Assembly (NCBI RefSeq): GCF_006345805.1
Contig: NC_043004.1
Coordinates: 9,610,001-9,674,000 of the forward strand
Source of the DNA: Octopus sinensis
Lineage: Eukaryota
Length of the DNA: 64,000 nucleotides
Direction: 5' to 3'
Shown here: positions 41,958-55,588 of the stretch, piece by piece
Layout of the letters: the number at the start of each line of letters is the position of its first letter
How positions within the stretch are numbered: position 1 is the first letter of the stretch
Translations under genes and position numbers: made by a program
The notes under the pieces: generated by a model
What the model was told of the DNA's origin: nothing
The model's input: only the letters and a program-made list of their open reading frames with translations
Databases searched by the model: none

Positions 41958-43248
41958 TTAGAGTGCTCGGAAATTAATTGCGTTTTTTCAACACTATGAA
42001 ATATGAATCAATTAATCATGCCAGATCCAAGATCGAATGTGTGGGAACTGTCTAGAAATAGTATATTATCTCTTCTATCTAGCAGCGTGTATTCATAATT
42101 ATTTTGGTAATTAATCGTATGGAGGATAAGAACTTTATGAAACAACATATTCGCCAGCGCTTACAGTATGAGTTTCAAAAGCAAAGTATCTCGACAGAAG
42201 CAATGATAAATATTTGTGAAATATATTCTGATGCAGTGAAAGATCGTCAACTGTGGTTTAAAAGATTTAAAGATGACGATCGTGATACATCTGACAAGCC
42301 TCGCTCTGTAAGACGACCCACTCTGAAAGGCCACCCACTCTGAATGATGACCTTTTGAATGAGACTCTTGTATCGGATCCACTTCGAGCACTAGAGATTT
42401 GGCGCAAAAATTTAATGTTATGTTCAACTATCCACAAACATTTGAAGCAAATTGGAAAAACAGGTGAAGAAGGAATTTGAGTTCCATATGAACTTACGTT
42501 TAAGAACTGAACACAACGTTCCACCATCCGCAGCTGTCTTCTAACTAACAATAGCAAACTGTTATTTATGCAGCGCATTGTTATATGGGGTGAAAAATGA
42601 GTTTTGCATCATAACAGAAGACGAAAAGGACAATGGTTATCACGGGATGAGAGGCCAGTGCCAACACGAAAACCAGAACTCCATTCACAGAAATCCTTGT
42701 TCTGTGTTTAGTGGAACGTGGAACTTGAAAGGTGTCGTCCGTTACGAGCTACTGGAACATGGAAGGGTCATCAATGCAGATGTCTGTTGCCAAGAACTTG
42801 ATCGTGTAAATGAAAAATTACGCCGAAAGTGACCAGCTTTGGTAAACAGAAAAGGTGTTATTCTCCAGCATGACAATGCATGGCTACACTCTTCAAAACA
42901 AGCCCAAGGAAAATATAATCGTTAGGACGGCAAATTTGTCCACATCCTCCATACTCACCTGACTTAGAACCTACGGGTTTTCATTTGTTCCGATCATCAG
43001 AACATTTTATACGAGGCAAAAACATTTAGAAATAGAGAAGTTGAAAAGAGTCTTTCAGACATTTTGTTTTTCTTTTTGCTTTCTTTTTTTCAGGAAAAGA
43101 AATAGGTTTCTTTGAAAAAACAGTTACTTTCCCGTTCGGTTGCAGTCGTTGAAAACGATGGTGATTACATTCTTGATTAAAGATATTCAGATAAACGTAG
43201 TTTCAATTCGTTTATATATAAAACGCAGTTACTTTCCGAACACCCTAA
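41958..43248 (+). mobile_element. Full-length decayed mariner DNA transposon (~1.29 kb)
   Basis: TIRs ttagagtgctcggaaattaattgcgtttt / aaaacgcagttactttccgaacaccctaa with TA on each side; transposase remnants WFKRFK, *VPYEL, LQHDNA, HPPYSPDLEPTGFHLF. Confidence 0.95.
42120..43165 (+). pseudogene. mariner transposase pseudogene
   Basis: Multiple stops/frameshifts; third catalytic Asp position reads Gly (YSPDLEPTG). Confidence 0.9.
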
Positions 43249-43282
43249 TACATACATACATACACACACACACACCACACAC

Positions 43283-43352
<70 letters not shown>

Positions 43353-43898
43353 TATATATATATATATATATACATATCTTTGATGTATCATTGGTGAAAT
43401 ATCGATTAGTCTATATTTTTTCCGTGCATATCATTTAATCATTTTTATTCTCTTGTTTTGCATATATTACAAACTTTATTTATAATTTTTTTTTCTTTAA
43501 GTACATAATCTTAAGGGCCATAAAATAAATAAAAACGTACCATTTAAAAAGAAAACAAAAAGGTAACCGGACGTTTTTGAACGTACTTGGTGCTGATGTC
43601 TTTAAAACGGCTTAGAGCTTGCGAAATTTTAATCAAAGGGTCGCGCTCATCCTCGTCCAACATTTTTTTTTTAATCAATTTGCTCTTTTTGTCATTTTCT
43701 TGTTGATGTTTCGTGTTTGCTTTTTGCTTTATTATATTGTTATTTGTTTAAAGACCAGCAAAGGACCGGCAGTCATGACTTAGATCTTCTTTATCCCATG
43801 CCACTACGCCACACCACGCTACGCACGCGTGCGCGAAGCACTTGAAGAAGCGACCCTTTGAATATTGCAGGACAACCAGCCATTGCTTGGAAATTGGA

Positions 43899-43959
<61 letters not shown>

Positions 43960-44604
43960 AAAGAAAAGGAAAATCGAATGAATGAATGAATGAACGGAGG
44001 ACTGAATGTGTTGGAGAGAAAGGGGGAGAGAATGAAAAAGAGAAAGAAAGCAAGAAGATGATGATGATGATGACCATCATCATGATTATCAAGATGATGA
44101 TAATGATGGTGGTGGTGAAGATGATGATGCTGATGGTGAGTGGTAGTTTGGGAGAGAGAGAGAGAAAGGAAGTTGCCGGAAAACTGCTGAAGGTTGTTGG
44201 TAAGGCAGGGGAGGGGAGATGACGGGTTTGGTAAATTGTTGGTCAACGAACAGCATCGAGTCAATTGGTAAATAAACAGAAATAGGGTGTGGGGGGGGGG
44301 AGAATGAGCTTAAGAGAAGGAAAGAGAGAGGAAAGGAGAAATGAAAATACAGAGAAGTGGTGGGAGGGATATAGAGGGAGTAAGGGAAAGAGTGAGAGGA
44401 GAGAGAGAGGATAATGAAACAGCTGGTCAGATGGTGGGAGAAAAGAGAGAATAAATGAAGTTATAGAGAAATAGTGCAAGAGAGAGAGAGGGGGGGGGGG
44501 AGAAGAGAGAGAAAAATAATGAGTTGAGGGGAGAGGAAATAAATTAATAAAGGAAAAAGGGAGGTTGGATGATCTTGTTTAAATAGAACGAAGACGACTA
44601 TGTC

Positions 44605-45222
44605 TGGTTGTGATGATGACGTTGTTGTTGTTGGCGGTGGCGGCGGTGGCGGCGGTGTTGGCAGTGGTGGTGGTGCCGGCGGTGGTGGTGACGGTGGTGG
44701 TCGTGTTGGTGGTGGTGGTGGTTGTGATGGTGGTGGTCGTGGTGGTCGTGGTGGTGACGGTGGTGGTCGTTGTGATGGTGGTGGTGACGGTGGTGGTGGC
44801 GGTGGTGGTGGTGACGGTGGTCGTGGTGGTCGTGGTGGTCGTGGTGGTGACGGTGGTGGTCGTGGTGGTGGTCGTGGTGACGGTGGTCGTGGCGGTGGTG
44901 GTGGTGGTGGTTGTGGTTGTGGTGGTGGTGGTGTCGGTGGTGGTCGTGTTGGTGGTGGGGGTGATGGTGGTTGTGGTTGTGGTGGTTGTGGTGACGGTGG
45001 TGGTGGCGGTGGTAGTGGTTGTGGTTGTGGTGGTGGTGGTGACGGTGGTGGTGGTGGTGACGGTGGTGGTGGTGGTGGGGTGGTTGTGGTGGTTGTGATG
45101 GTGGTGGTGGTGGTGGTGGTTGTGATGGTTGTGGTGGTGGTGACGGTGGTGGTCGTGTTGTTGTTGGTGTTGGTGGCGGTGGTGGTGGTGTTGGTGGTGG
45201 TGGTGGCGATGGCGGTGGCGGT
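44605..45222. repeat. Degenerate (GGT)n tract with ggtgac/ggtcgt/ggttgt variants
   Basis: Direct reading; open in all frames giving Gly/Val/Pro/His homopolymers. Confidence 0.9.
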
Positions 45223-45419
45223 GCTAACAGAGATAAGCAAAAAGATTGAGCTGCAGACAAATGGGAACCTATAGATATACATGTAAACACATGTGCAAAC
45301 TCACGCACAGCCACATAAATACATACATACATACATACACCTATGCACTTACAGGCACACATATATACACATATTCATATTTATATATATCACGTGCACT
45401 TACAAATCTTTTCCCTTAT

Positions 45420-45627
45420 AGGTATAAAGCTTGAAATTTGGTGGGGGGATGGGGCGAACAAGTCGATAACGTCGATTCTAGTGTTCAGCTGGAACTTGTT
45501 TTATCAACCTCAAACGGAGAAGAGCAAAGTCGACCTCGGTGGACTTTGAACTGAGAACGTAAGGCCGGAAGGAACGCCGCTAATCATTTTATCCGGTGCA
45601 GTAACGAGTCTCTCAGTTCGCCGCCTT
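45420..45627 (-). mobile_element. SINE family A copy
   Basis: gcaaagtcgacctcggtggactttgaactgagaacgtaa..cagttcgccgcc. Confidence 0.8.
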
Positions 45628-45688
45628 GCATAAACATACATACATACATACATACATACATACTACATACATCTAATACATACATACA

Positions 45689-45720
<32 letters not shown>

Positions 45721-46199
45721 CTCTCATGTCTCCAAACAATAAACCTGTCCTTTTCCTGGATGGCAGATTCTTTAGATTATCTCCCCTTGTTGGCACTCTC
45801 CCCAATATGCTCAGCCATTCATTATTCGGAATTTTATAAATCTTTATATCATATTTTTAATTATTTGTGGAATAGCATTTCAGTGTTAGCACTGAGATAA
45901 AAATGAAAAACCAAAGACCAAAGGATCTGATTTCTAATCTAGACAATGGCGTTACTATAGTTTCGTTGTTGCAGCCAAAGCAATATTTCAGTATATTTAA
46001 CTGTCAATTGCTACGAGACAAAGAACAATATAATGTTACAACGAGACGCAATTTTTATCTGGTGACTAATCTGTTCAGTTTCAGTTCATCTAATAAATCT
46101 CAAACACATTGCACAGCAAATTGATGGCAGTCGTTTCTATTGGCCACACTCTTCTCTGCATCCGTGCATTAGAATATTGATCTCTAACATGTCGGTTAT

Positions 46200-46780
46200 G
46201 AGTGTTCCGTGCTATGTAGATTTCAGTCTGTCTTTCTTTCTTTTTCTTCTCTAGTTGTCTCCATTTGAAAGTTGTTTTAGAATGGCGTAGTTTTTGTAAT
46301 TGAAGGATATAACCTTCTAGTTTTAAACTTAATATTCATACTGTGAATTTAACAAAGTGGTGTTGTGTTTGCTCTCTTTAGAATGTATTCATTGGTTATG
46401 TACTCGTGCCAATACGTTCTTAGAATCCTTCGAATGTTTCTCAAGCCATTTTAGAATCTTTCTGAGTGTTTCTCAAACCATTTTATTGGGATACATCGAG
46501 CTTTCTGTCGATTTTCACGGTGCTCATCCATGTCTTATTAAAATAGAGAACTCTTAATAGAATTATGCTTATCTTTGTGTGCAGACTGACGGCGTGCAGG
46601 ACCAGACAGCGTACATTCTCTGGAATATAGCACTGCTTTGTCAATTTCATGGTAGACGTCAGTCTCACTACCGCCATTGTTGCTGATAATGCAGCCCAGA
46701 TAGATGAAACTGTCTACCGTCTCGTTATTTTGATAATTGATCTATATAATCAATGTTGCGCTCCTATTCCCCTGTGGCTA
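46200..46780 (-). mobile_element. Decayed RTE-like LINE fragment
   Basis: ETVDSFIYLGCIISNNG at ~46675-46722; SLHTKI..VLY..TW at ~46520-46590. Confidence 0.65.
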
Positions 46781-46879
46781 TCGATAGACACGTGATTGGC
46801 TGCAAGAAACTGATTTAACCTTCATGTGCAGTACATGGTCAGAGCCGTCGAGGGAGACTTCAAGTCAATCGGAGGATGA

Positions 46880-47990
46880 CATGTCACAAACTGCGTGTCC
46901 TTGGTATTACTGGAAAACTGGGAGGATGGCTGCACGACTTTTGAAAGTACAGAAGTAAGGTAGTTGCAGCCAGTGGTGCTCTCCATGAGGAGACATCAAT
47001 TCGCAGCGGAGTTCCTCGGAGAACTGTACTGGGATCACTATTTGTGTGAAGTGATTCTTCCAAACATGCCCTCAGTCGTATAGTGAGCCACTCCCTCCAG
47101 CTACTCTGACGATACAAAGCCATCTCTGACGGTTAAGGAACCTGATGACGTATTAAAACTAGAAAATGACTTGCATGCAATATGCAAATGAGCTGATGAA
47201 AATAACATGAAGTTGAATGCTGATAAGTTTCAAGTATTCCGCCATCGGCCCATAAGCAGACAATAATTGGACTATATAGGACAAGGGAGCAGTGCAACCC
47301 CAGAGTCAGAATCGGTGCTTGACCTGGGAATCCACATGAACAGTGATGCAACATTCCTTGTGCATCTTGCTAGGATGGCAACACTGTGCAGGCGAGTAGC
47401 TGGACGAATCCTTAGATCATTCAGTAGCAGAAATAAGGATACATTGCTACTCCCGTCGGGGACATTTGTGTTCATTCGTCTGGATGACTGCTCCCAACTG
47501 TGGTCGCCACAGAGCGTGAAATTGGTGGCGGAACTTGAGGCAATCTAGCGCCACTACGCAAAGTATAGTGAGTCGGTGAAACAGATGAGTTACTGGGAGA
47601 GGCTACAAGAACCGAAGCTCTACTCTCTGGAAAGAAGGTGAGAAACGTATGCAGTGATATACATATGAAAGATCCCAACTTTGGAATTAAAAGCTATACC
47701 ACCGAACTGGACGACACTGCATACTACCAAAGACGCTGTCTTCTTTATCTCATATAAGGCCCCAGTGTTGCAGCAGCTTGGGTTTCAGAGGACCACAACT
47801 GTTTAACATACACATAGACACACAAGCACACACATATACGTAGAGAGAGAGATGAGGGGGTAGTGGAGAGGCCGAGGGGAGAGGTTAGGAGGGGAGGACA
47901 AGGGGTGAGAGAAGGAGTGATATATGCATAGGAAACGTGAAGAATGATTCTGAAAGTCAACTGGATAAATTTGGAAAAGAAATAAGTGGA
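46880..47990 (+). mobile_element. Decayed CR1-like LINE RT fragment
   Basis: SGVPRRTVLGSLF (cf. SGVPQGSVLGPLLF), YSDDTK, LNADKFQ, DLGIHMNSDATF..H, RLDDCSQLWSP, SYWERL..LYSLERR. Confidence 0.85.
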
Positions 47991-48584
47991 ACAGGGAAGA
48001 TGAGAGAGTGGGTGGAGGAGGAGAGAGAGAGAGAGTGGAGGAGGAGGAGATAGAGAGTGTGTGTGAGATAGAGAGGGAGGGAGAGAAAGGGAGAGAGTGG
48101 TGAAGAATAGTGGCGGGCGGAGGAAGGTCTGAAAACACCGGAAGGAAATAAAGCTTGGGGGCAGTCCAAGTATTGTCTTTAGAGTCCATTGACGGAAATG
48201 TACTTAGAATGGGGAAGAATAAGCGATACAAGTTCCCTTGAAATACTTAATTACAAATCCGAAGCTGGATGGAAGATTTGTTGTCCTTCCTAATTTCAAA
48301 TGGAGAACAGATCTGCATTCGCATGTGTGTGCGTTTGTTATCTGCAATAATAAAATGTGTTGTGACGGCGATTGGAGTTGAACCTGGTTTGAAAACGGTG
48401 AATGCAGGATGAAATGTGGCATATTTTTTTTTTTTTTTAGAAAATATTATACATATGTGCGAGTAAATATATTTATATTTATGCATGTACGCATGTGCAA
48501 ATGTATGTGTATACATATTTGTATACACGCACACATACACACACACACACATACTTATTTGGAGACATAAATACACCAGCAACA

Positions 48585-48842
48585 ATTATCAAACAGTAGT
48601 GGAGAACACACACACACACACACGAAGACACACGCGCGCGCACACACACACACAATGCTACGGGCGTTTTTCAGTTTCCGCGTACCAGATCCATTCACGA
48701 AGCTTTGGTCACGAGGCTTTGGCCACTCACGAGGCTTATAGTACTATAGTAGAAGGTCTTTGCCCAAGGTGCAATGCAATGGGACTGCTGTGGGACTGGA
48801 CCCGGAACTATGTGGTTGGGAAGCAAACATTTACCCCACAGC

Positions 48843-48845
<3 letters not shown>
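48585..48845 (-). mobile_element. SINE family C copy
   Basis: cagtttccgcgtaccagatccattcac..cttgcccaaggtgc..cccggaactatgtggttgggaagcaa..ccacagccac. Confidence 0.8.
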
Positions 48846-48885
<40 letters not shown>

Positions 48886-49148
48886 GTCACGGGATCACGG
48901 GACCGACCAGACCATCAGATGTTGTTACACATCGCTGGTCACAATGCGTTCGCATTGTTTTATCCTTCAAATGACGCCACCCCGCTGGCTAAGCGAGCAG
49001 GCTAACAGAAGAAAGAGTGGGAGAAAGAGTGGTGAAAGAGTACAGCATGGATCACCACCCCCTGCCAGAGCCTCGTGGAGCTTTTAGGTGTTTTCGCTCA
49101 ATAAACACTCACAACGCCCGGTCTGGGAATCGAAACGGCGATCCTGCG
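48886..49148 (-). mobile_element. tRNA-Arg-like SINE family B, tail type 1
   Basis: Reverse complement of the 23492-23775 family (accgaccagaccatcagatgttgttacac..ctgggaatcgaaac). Confidence 0.9.
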
Positions 49149-49188
49149 AAGATACATACATTATATGTATGTATGTATACATGCTATC

Positions 49189-49283
<95 letters not shown>

Positions 49284-49394
49284 CATACCTACATACATAC
49301 ATACATACATACATATGTGTGTGTGTGTGTGTGTTGATGTTGTGTGTGTGTGTGTGTGTGTGTGTATGCCCGGCACATTATGCATGGGACTTCT

Positions 49395-50095
49395 AATACA
49401 AGCCCGGAGAAAATTCGGTAGCCGAAGCCCATCATACATCAATATATTTGTGTTTCTGTGTTTTCTGCTTGTAATTGTCCCCCACAATGCTTGGCAACTG
49501 GTATTTGTTCATGGTCACGTAACTTAGCGGATCGGCAAGAGAGAACGACAGAATAAGTACAAGACTGTAAAAAGAACATTAACATTGGGGTCGATTCGTT
49601 CGACTAAAACGCTGGCAGGCGGTGGCCAAGCGTAGTCACAGTGCAATGATTGAAAGAAGTAAAAGATAAAAAATATATTTATGTCTATAATACTTCTACC
49701 GAGACATAAGGCAGCGGGCTGACAGGATCTTAGCCTGCCGGACAAAACGCTTACAGGCATTTCGTCCGTCTTTACTTTCTGACTTCAAATTCCACCGAAG
49801 TTTGACTGTACCGTTCATCTTTATGGTGGTCGATAGAACAAGGACCAGTTGAGCATTACAGTCGATGTAATCAACTTAGCTCCTCCCCCGAAATTGCCGG
49901 TCTTGCATCAAAATTTCTAACCAATATTTACACACACACACGCACACACACGCACACACACACACACACACAAGACAGCAAAAAGGCATAATCGTTAACG
50001 CGCCGGACAAAATGACAAAATGTTTAGCGACATTACTTTCAGCTACACACGTTCAGAGTTCAAATGCCGCCCAGACTTTACCATTCAACCTTTCC
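49395..50095 (+). mobile_element. Cluster of decayed SINEs: family C (49395-49670), family A (49710-49925, 49985-50095)
   Basis: gtaacttagcggatcggcaa..agaataagtac; cttagcctgccggacaaaacgctt..ttctgacttcaaattcc; cgttcagagttcaaatgccgcc. Confidence 0.72.
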
Positions 50096-50099
50096 TTTT

Positions 50100-50130
<31 letters not shown>

Positions 50131-50131
<1 letters not shown>

Positions 50132-50996
50132 ACAATAGGGTAATAAGAAATTATTATTACCAGTGGCCTAGCACAAAAACGAATTAGTCACTAGACTATA
50201 TATTATTCACATAGAAATACAATAGGAGACTTCCAAATAGGAAAGCCTTGTGCTAGAAAGAGCAGTAGAAAACTCAAAACCACCAAAAAGGATAAATTTT
50301 CGAAAGGAATGAAAATTAAAAACGTTTACCATCTCAATTATTTCCCAGTTCATGGTTTCTAACTATTTCCTGCAAAAAAAATATTTGCTAAAGGCCAGTT
50401 TCATCAGTGGGACAGCCTTTAGATTTCAAACATACACACAGCAAGATCCACATGTAAAACTAACTGCTTGTATATCCTAACTTTCAGACCAGTGCGCAGA
50501 CGCAGATTATACCCGGCGACAGAGAGGATGCCGGTAAAAATTTATCAAAGAATATTTAAACATAATAAATAGCAATAGGGTAATAAGAAATTATTACCAG
50601 TGACCTAGCACAAAAACGAATTAGTCATTAGACTATATATTATTCACATAGAAATACAATAAGAGGCTTCCAAACAGGAAAGCCTTGTGCTAGAAAGAGC
50701 AGTAGAAAACTCAAAACCGCCAAAAAGGATGTTTAAATATTCTTTGATGTTCTTTTAGTTTTACATGTGGATCTGGCTATGTGTGTATTTGAAATCGAAA
50801 GGCTGTCCCACTGATGAAACTGGCCTTCAGCAAATATTTTCTTGCTGGAAATAGTTAGAAACCATGGTCTGGGAAATAATTGAGATGGTAAACGTTTCGG
50901 AAATTTATCCTTTTTGGTGGTTTTGAGTTTTCTACTGCTCTTTCTAGCACAAGGCTTTCCTATTTGGAATCCCCTTATTGTATTTCTATGTGAATA

Positions 50997-51002
<6 letters not shown>
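50131..51002. mobile_element. Penelope-type pseudo-LTR cassette with direct and inverted copies
   Basis: ~50133-50293 repeats directly at ~50573-50730; ~50196-50463 is inverted at ~50755-51002; 50545-50561 inverted at 50731-50748. Confidence 0.85.
50806..50874 (+). ncRNA. Type I hammerhead ribozyme motif with extended helix II; mutated antisense twin at 50343-50412
   Basis: tccca-ctgatga-aact..ttcagcaa..ttgctgga..agtt-a-gaaac-catg-gtc-tggga; helix I 5 bp, intact core, palindrome accatggt, GUC triplet 50867-50869. Confidence 0.8.
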
Positions 51003-51031
<29 letters not shown>

Positions 51032-51096
51032 TGTGTATGTATGTATGTATGTATGTATGTATATTACTAACTATTTATCTCTCTTTCTCTCTCTCT

Positions 51097-51132
<36 letters not shown>

Positions 51133-52094
51133 CTGTAGGTGAGTGGGTGTCTATGTGTGTAGGTATGTATACACATAAATACAGCCATGCATAAGTACAT
51201 ACATACATTCAAAGAAACAAAGTGAAAGAATACCACGAACTTTACAGATACAACCCGTAAGTGGAACAGTAAGAAAATGCAAGATTTTCTTAAAGTTCGG
51301 TATGTGACAGTTTAATGTTGTATCATGGAAACGTCACGGATGAAAGCTTTGTTTCCTTGTAAGAAACTAGGTCCTTACTTCTAGAAGAAAAAAAACACAT
51401 ACCTACATGCATATACATACACAAGATCATACATACATAAATGCAAGCATGCACGCTTGCATGAATGCATGCATACATAAATACATGCATGCCTGCATAC
51501 ATCAACAAGGTGTCAAATACCAAAACGTTGGCATAGAGGGCTATTCATTACCTCGGGTACAAAATGCTACTCTCTGTAATTTTTGTCATTAATGAAAGCT
51601 TTGTAAAAGAGATGGCTGTCTTCTTTGAGTAAATACAAAGAAATATCCTTTTTTGAAAAGATCGTAGTAGTAATCAATCAATGAAATGCATACCACGTGG
51701 AAAAGTTACGATATATATATACCATTATGACGAGAGAACCCTAGTGAGAAAGATTCTAGTGGATTTTGAACTGAACCAAGGCCTATATCAGTTCTACAAA
51801 AGGGTAAGGGAGGCTCCGGTGATAGCTATTAATTTTTACTATTAATATTAACATAGAATTTCTTTCCCTCTGGTAGCATATCAAACACAAACGGGGCTAA
51901 AATGTCTTAGGGATAGGATAGAATTAACATTATTTTCTTATCTGGCCACTTGGATTAAAAACATTTTGTATGTATATATATACATATGCATGCATGCACA
52001 TACACGCACCCGTACACATACATATACATATATATGTGGAAAAGAAATAAGCACATACTATGATATATACAAATATACATGCGTACGTAGACAT

Positions 52095-52290
52095 ACACAC
52101 AAAAACACAACACACACATATATATTTATACGATGGGCTTCTTTCAGTTTCCGTCTACCAAATCCACTAGCAAACCTTTGGTCCGCCCGAAGCTATAGGA
52201 GAAGACACTTACTCAAGTGGCCATCCAGTGGGACTGAATCCGGAACAACGTGGCTAGGAAACAAGCTTCTTTCCACACAGCCACGCCAGT
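52095..52290 (-). mobile_element. SINE family C, 5' half
   Basis: gggcttctttcagtttccgtctaccaaatccact..gaagacactt..gggactgaatccggaac..aagcttctttccacacagccacgcc. Confidence 0.85.
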
Positions 52291-52523
52291 TATACACGCA
52301 CACACACAGACACACATATATATATATATAGTTATATGTATATATATACATATATATACGTATATATACATATGTATATGCATATAAGTTTATATACAAC
52401 GGAGTCCATTTTGTGTCATATTTTTTTGGCCCCAACAAAATAATAAATGATATTATCAAATAGTGTAATGCTCCGTGGCCCTAATAAGACAGGATAGTCA
52501 CGACTTCCATTGTAGGTCTACTG

Positions 52524-52910
52524 TGGAGGCGCAATGGCCCAGTGGTTAGGGCAGCGGACTCGCGGTCATAGGATCGCGGTTTCGATTCCCAGACCGGGCG
52601 TTGTGAGTGTTTATTGAGCGAAAACACCTAAAGCCCCACGAGGCTCCGGCAGGGGGTGGTGGTGATCCCTGCTGTACTCTTTCACCACAACTTTCTCTCA
52701 CTCTTACTTCCTGTTTCTGTTGTACCTGTATTTCAAGGGGCCGGCCTTGTCACTCTCTGTGTCACGCTGAATATCCCCGAGAAGTACGTTAAGGGTGCAC
52801 GTGTCTGTGGAGTGCTCAGCCACTTACACGTTAATTTCACGAGCAGGCTGTTCCGTTGATTCGGATCAACCGGAACCCTCGTCGTCGTAACCGACGGAGT
52901 GCTTCCATCC
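52524..52910 (+). mobile_element. Full-length tRNA-Arg-like SINE family B, tail type 2
   Basis: ggaggcgcaatggcccagtggttagggcagcggactcgcggtcataggatcgcggtttcgattcccagaccgggcg head; shares body to ~52690 with 23492 copy then a different ~220 bp tail. Confidence 0.9.
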
Positions 52911-52944
52911 ATATATATATATATGTGTGTGTGTATATATAGTT

Positions 52945-52979
<35 letters not shown>

Positions 52980-53048
52980 TGAGAGAGAGAGTGGAGAGAG
53001 AGAGAGAGAGAAAGGGAGAGAGAGAGACTGACGAACAGGCAGGCAGAC

Positions 53049-53121
<73 letters not shown>

Positions 53122-53688
53122 TTTCTGAGTAAGTGTGAATAAATGCATATGTAAGAAGGCACATAACTTAGTTCCTGATCTGAAGTTTACTGGTTCAATT
53201 CTGAGTTAGGCATGTATTGTGACTTGAGCAAGGCACTAGCAGATGAGCTGGAGGTTAACCTTCCAATGGATCCGCTTTCCATTTTTGGTGGACGATGGGA
53301 GACGGGCTTCTCTGACCTAAAGAGCCTAGAGTTCCGAAACAGATTTTAACTTTCAGTTACATTATATGTGTGTCCGTGTGTCCGTGTGCACGTGCATTTG
53401 TGCGTGTGTGTGAGAGAGTGTGCATGCCTGATTTGTATTTGGAAGTACACGTGTGTATATGTACATGTGTTTACGCATAAACGTGGCGCATACAAATACG
53501 AGTGAGTATATATTTCCTTAGTTATGCGTAGGTACTGCCACACTCATATACATCCATACATCAACAAAGAAATTAATTAGAGACTGAACAACTAATATGT
53601 TAACATGCGGCGGCATAAACCACTTAAGACATAATGATGAAGCTAACAAACAAAAGAATAGAAGAAAACTACTACGGATTCCAGAAGC

Positions 53689-53828
<140 letters not shown>

Positions 53829-53839
53829 ATGACAATTAG

Positions 53840-53916
53840 TTTGTCGTCATAATAAAACTCAGAGTTTCGGATATCGGCACTGAAGTCTGCTCCGGCATCT
53901 CATCAGTTAAGACAAA
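53840..53916 (-). ncRNA. Hammerhead ribozyme motif
   Basis: Reverse complement tttgtc-ttaa-ctgatga-gat..atc-c-gaaac-tctga-gtt-tta..gacaaa; intact core, near-palindrome aactc(t)gagtt. Confidence 0.65.
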
Positions 53917-54075
53917 ACACTATCCATAAAAAAACCGTTGAATCTCCAAAAGTTCCTTAGAGTATAGTTCTCTGGACGGAATAAGTATGTTTTTCATAGA
54001 ATAATCGATATATCTGTATGTATGTATGTATATATATGTCCATATATGTATCTGTATGCACGTATATATATATGA

Positions 54076-54106
<31 letters not shown>

Positions 54107-54390
54107 ATAGTTGAAATTTACAGAAAAACAAAAGGCCCAAAAATATTTACAAAAAGGTCGTGTTATTTTTTATTACGTTCTTTGAGAAGAAACATAACTT
54201 TGAGCTACTTTTTGACAGAAGACTTACTACTCATTGTATTCTAAATCTGAGAAAAGTAAATAGGGGGCGGGAGCAAATTTTGATTTTAAACCCGACTAAA
54301 ATTTTTGGAGGGGTGCTGGCAACCCCTGCACCTCCTGTTCCCGGGCCTATCTATCTATCTATCTATCTATCTATCATATATATATATATA

Positions 54391-54433
<43 letters not shown>

Positions 54434-55099
54434 TTATGGAAGTATATACATTATATGCTATATGTATACATACATATAATATATATATTTTGCATATTTC
54501 TATGTATGTGTGTGTGTGTGTGTGTACGTACGTATGTGGTAATGTATTACGTATGTACAGCCCTAGAGAGATGCGCATATTTTTAAATGAATATGTTGAA
54601 GGCATCAAATCTGTTTATCCACTCAACAAAGTTAGGACGGCGCAGGGAGAAACAGCAAAACTCTGAAGAGACACTTGGAGTGGTGTTGTGCACGTGATCT
54701 CGACGTCGTTGAGCCGGCACGTGATCTACACATACGGCCAAGTGTCGCGTGTCTGTTTACAGTTTGAAGGCATACTACAATGATATATACACTGAATACT
54801 CTCTCATAATGAGACTAGCTGAAAATAATCACCCGTGTTCGATCTTGTATGCGTATATATAAACAAAAAATATATGCGTTCGTGTTTGTGTGTGAGTGTC
54901 TCTGCGCGTGAGTGTGTGTGTATATGTTTGGGACTACGCGTGAGTATGTTTGCGCATATGAACAGGTATATTTACAGTTATGAGTAAAGGTGTGTATACA
55001 TGCATACATACATACATATATATCATACCTATGAGTGTTTGTGTTTGTTTGTATATAAATATATGTGTGTGTATATCTATATCTATCTATATATATATA

Positions 55100-55140
<41 letters not shown>

Positions 55141-55588
55141 TACATATTTTACATATATATTTAAGTGTGTATATATATGTGGGTGTTTATATATACATAC
55201 ATATGTATATATACCTATATGTACATACGTATATATATATATATATATACCTGTATATATACATACATATATATGTATATATATACATATATATAGTTTT
55301 TTACATCTCTCTGTATACATACATATATATATATATATATACATAGATGTACATATATATTTAAGTGTGTATATATAAGTGTGTGTTTATATATACATAT
55401 ATATGTATATATACATATATGTACATATGTATATATATATATATACGTGTATATATACATATATATATATGTATACATACATATATATGTGTGTATGTGT
55501 GTGTGTGTGTGTATATATTTATAGATATGAATGTATATGTATATATAGTTTTTTTTTTAATTCTCTCTCAGTATATTTCCTCGTGTTC

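Noticed and set aside
44461-45362. Pro-rich, His-rich and Gly-rich ORFs of 224-273 aa
   Set aside because: All frames open because of the (GGT)n tract; no domain or gene context, so not called CDS.
52527-52600. tRNA-Arg(TCG) gene
   Set aside because: Acceptor and T stems pair poorly and the sequence continues into a SINE body seen in several copies.
54120-54347. Possible DNA transposon terminus (ggggtgctggcaacccctgcacctcctgttcccgggcct)
   Set aside because: No matching second TIR or TSD found in the window.
55151-55480. ~200 bp-period duplication
   Set aside because: Entirely within TA/CA low-complexity DNA; ordinary slippage.
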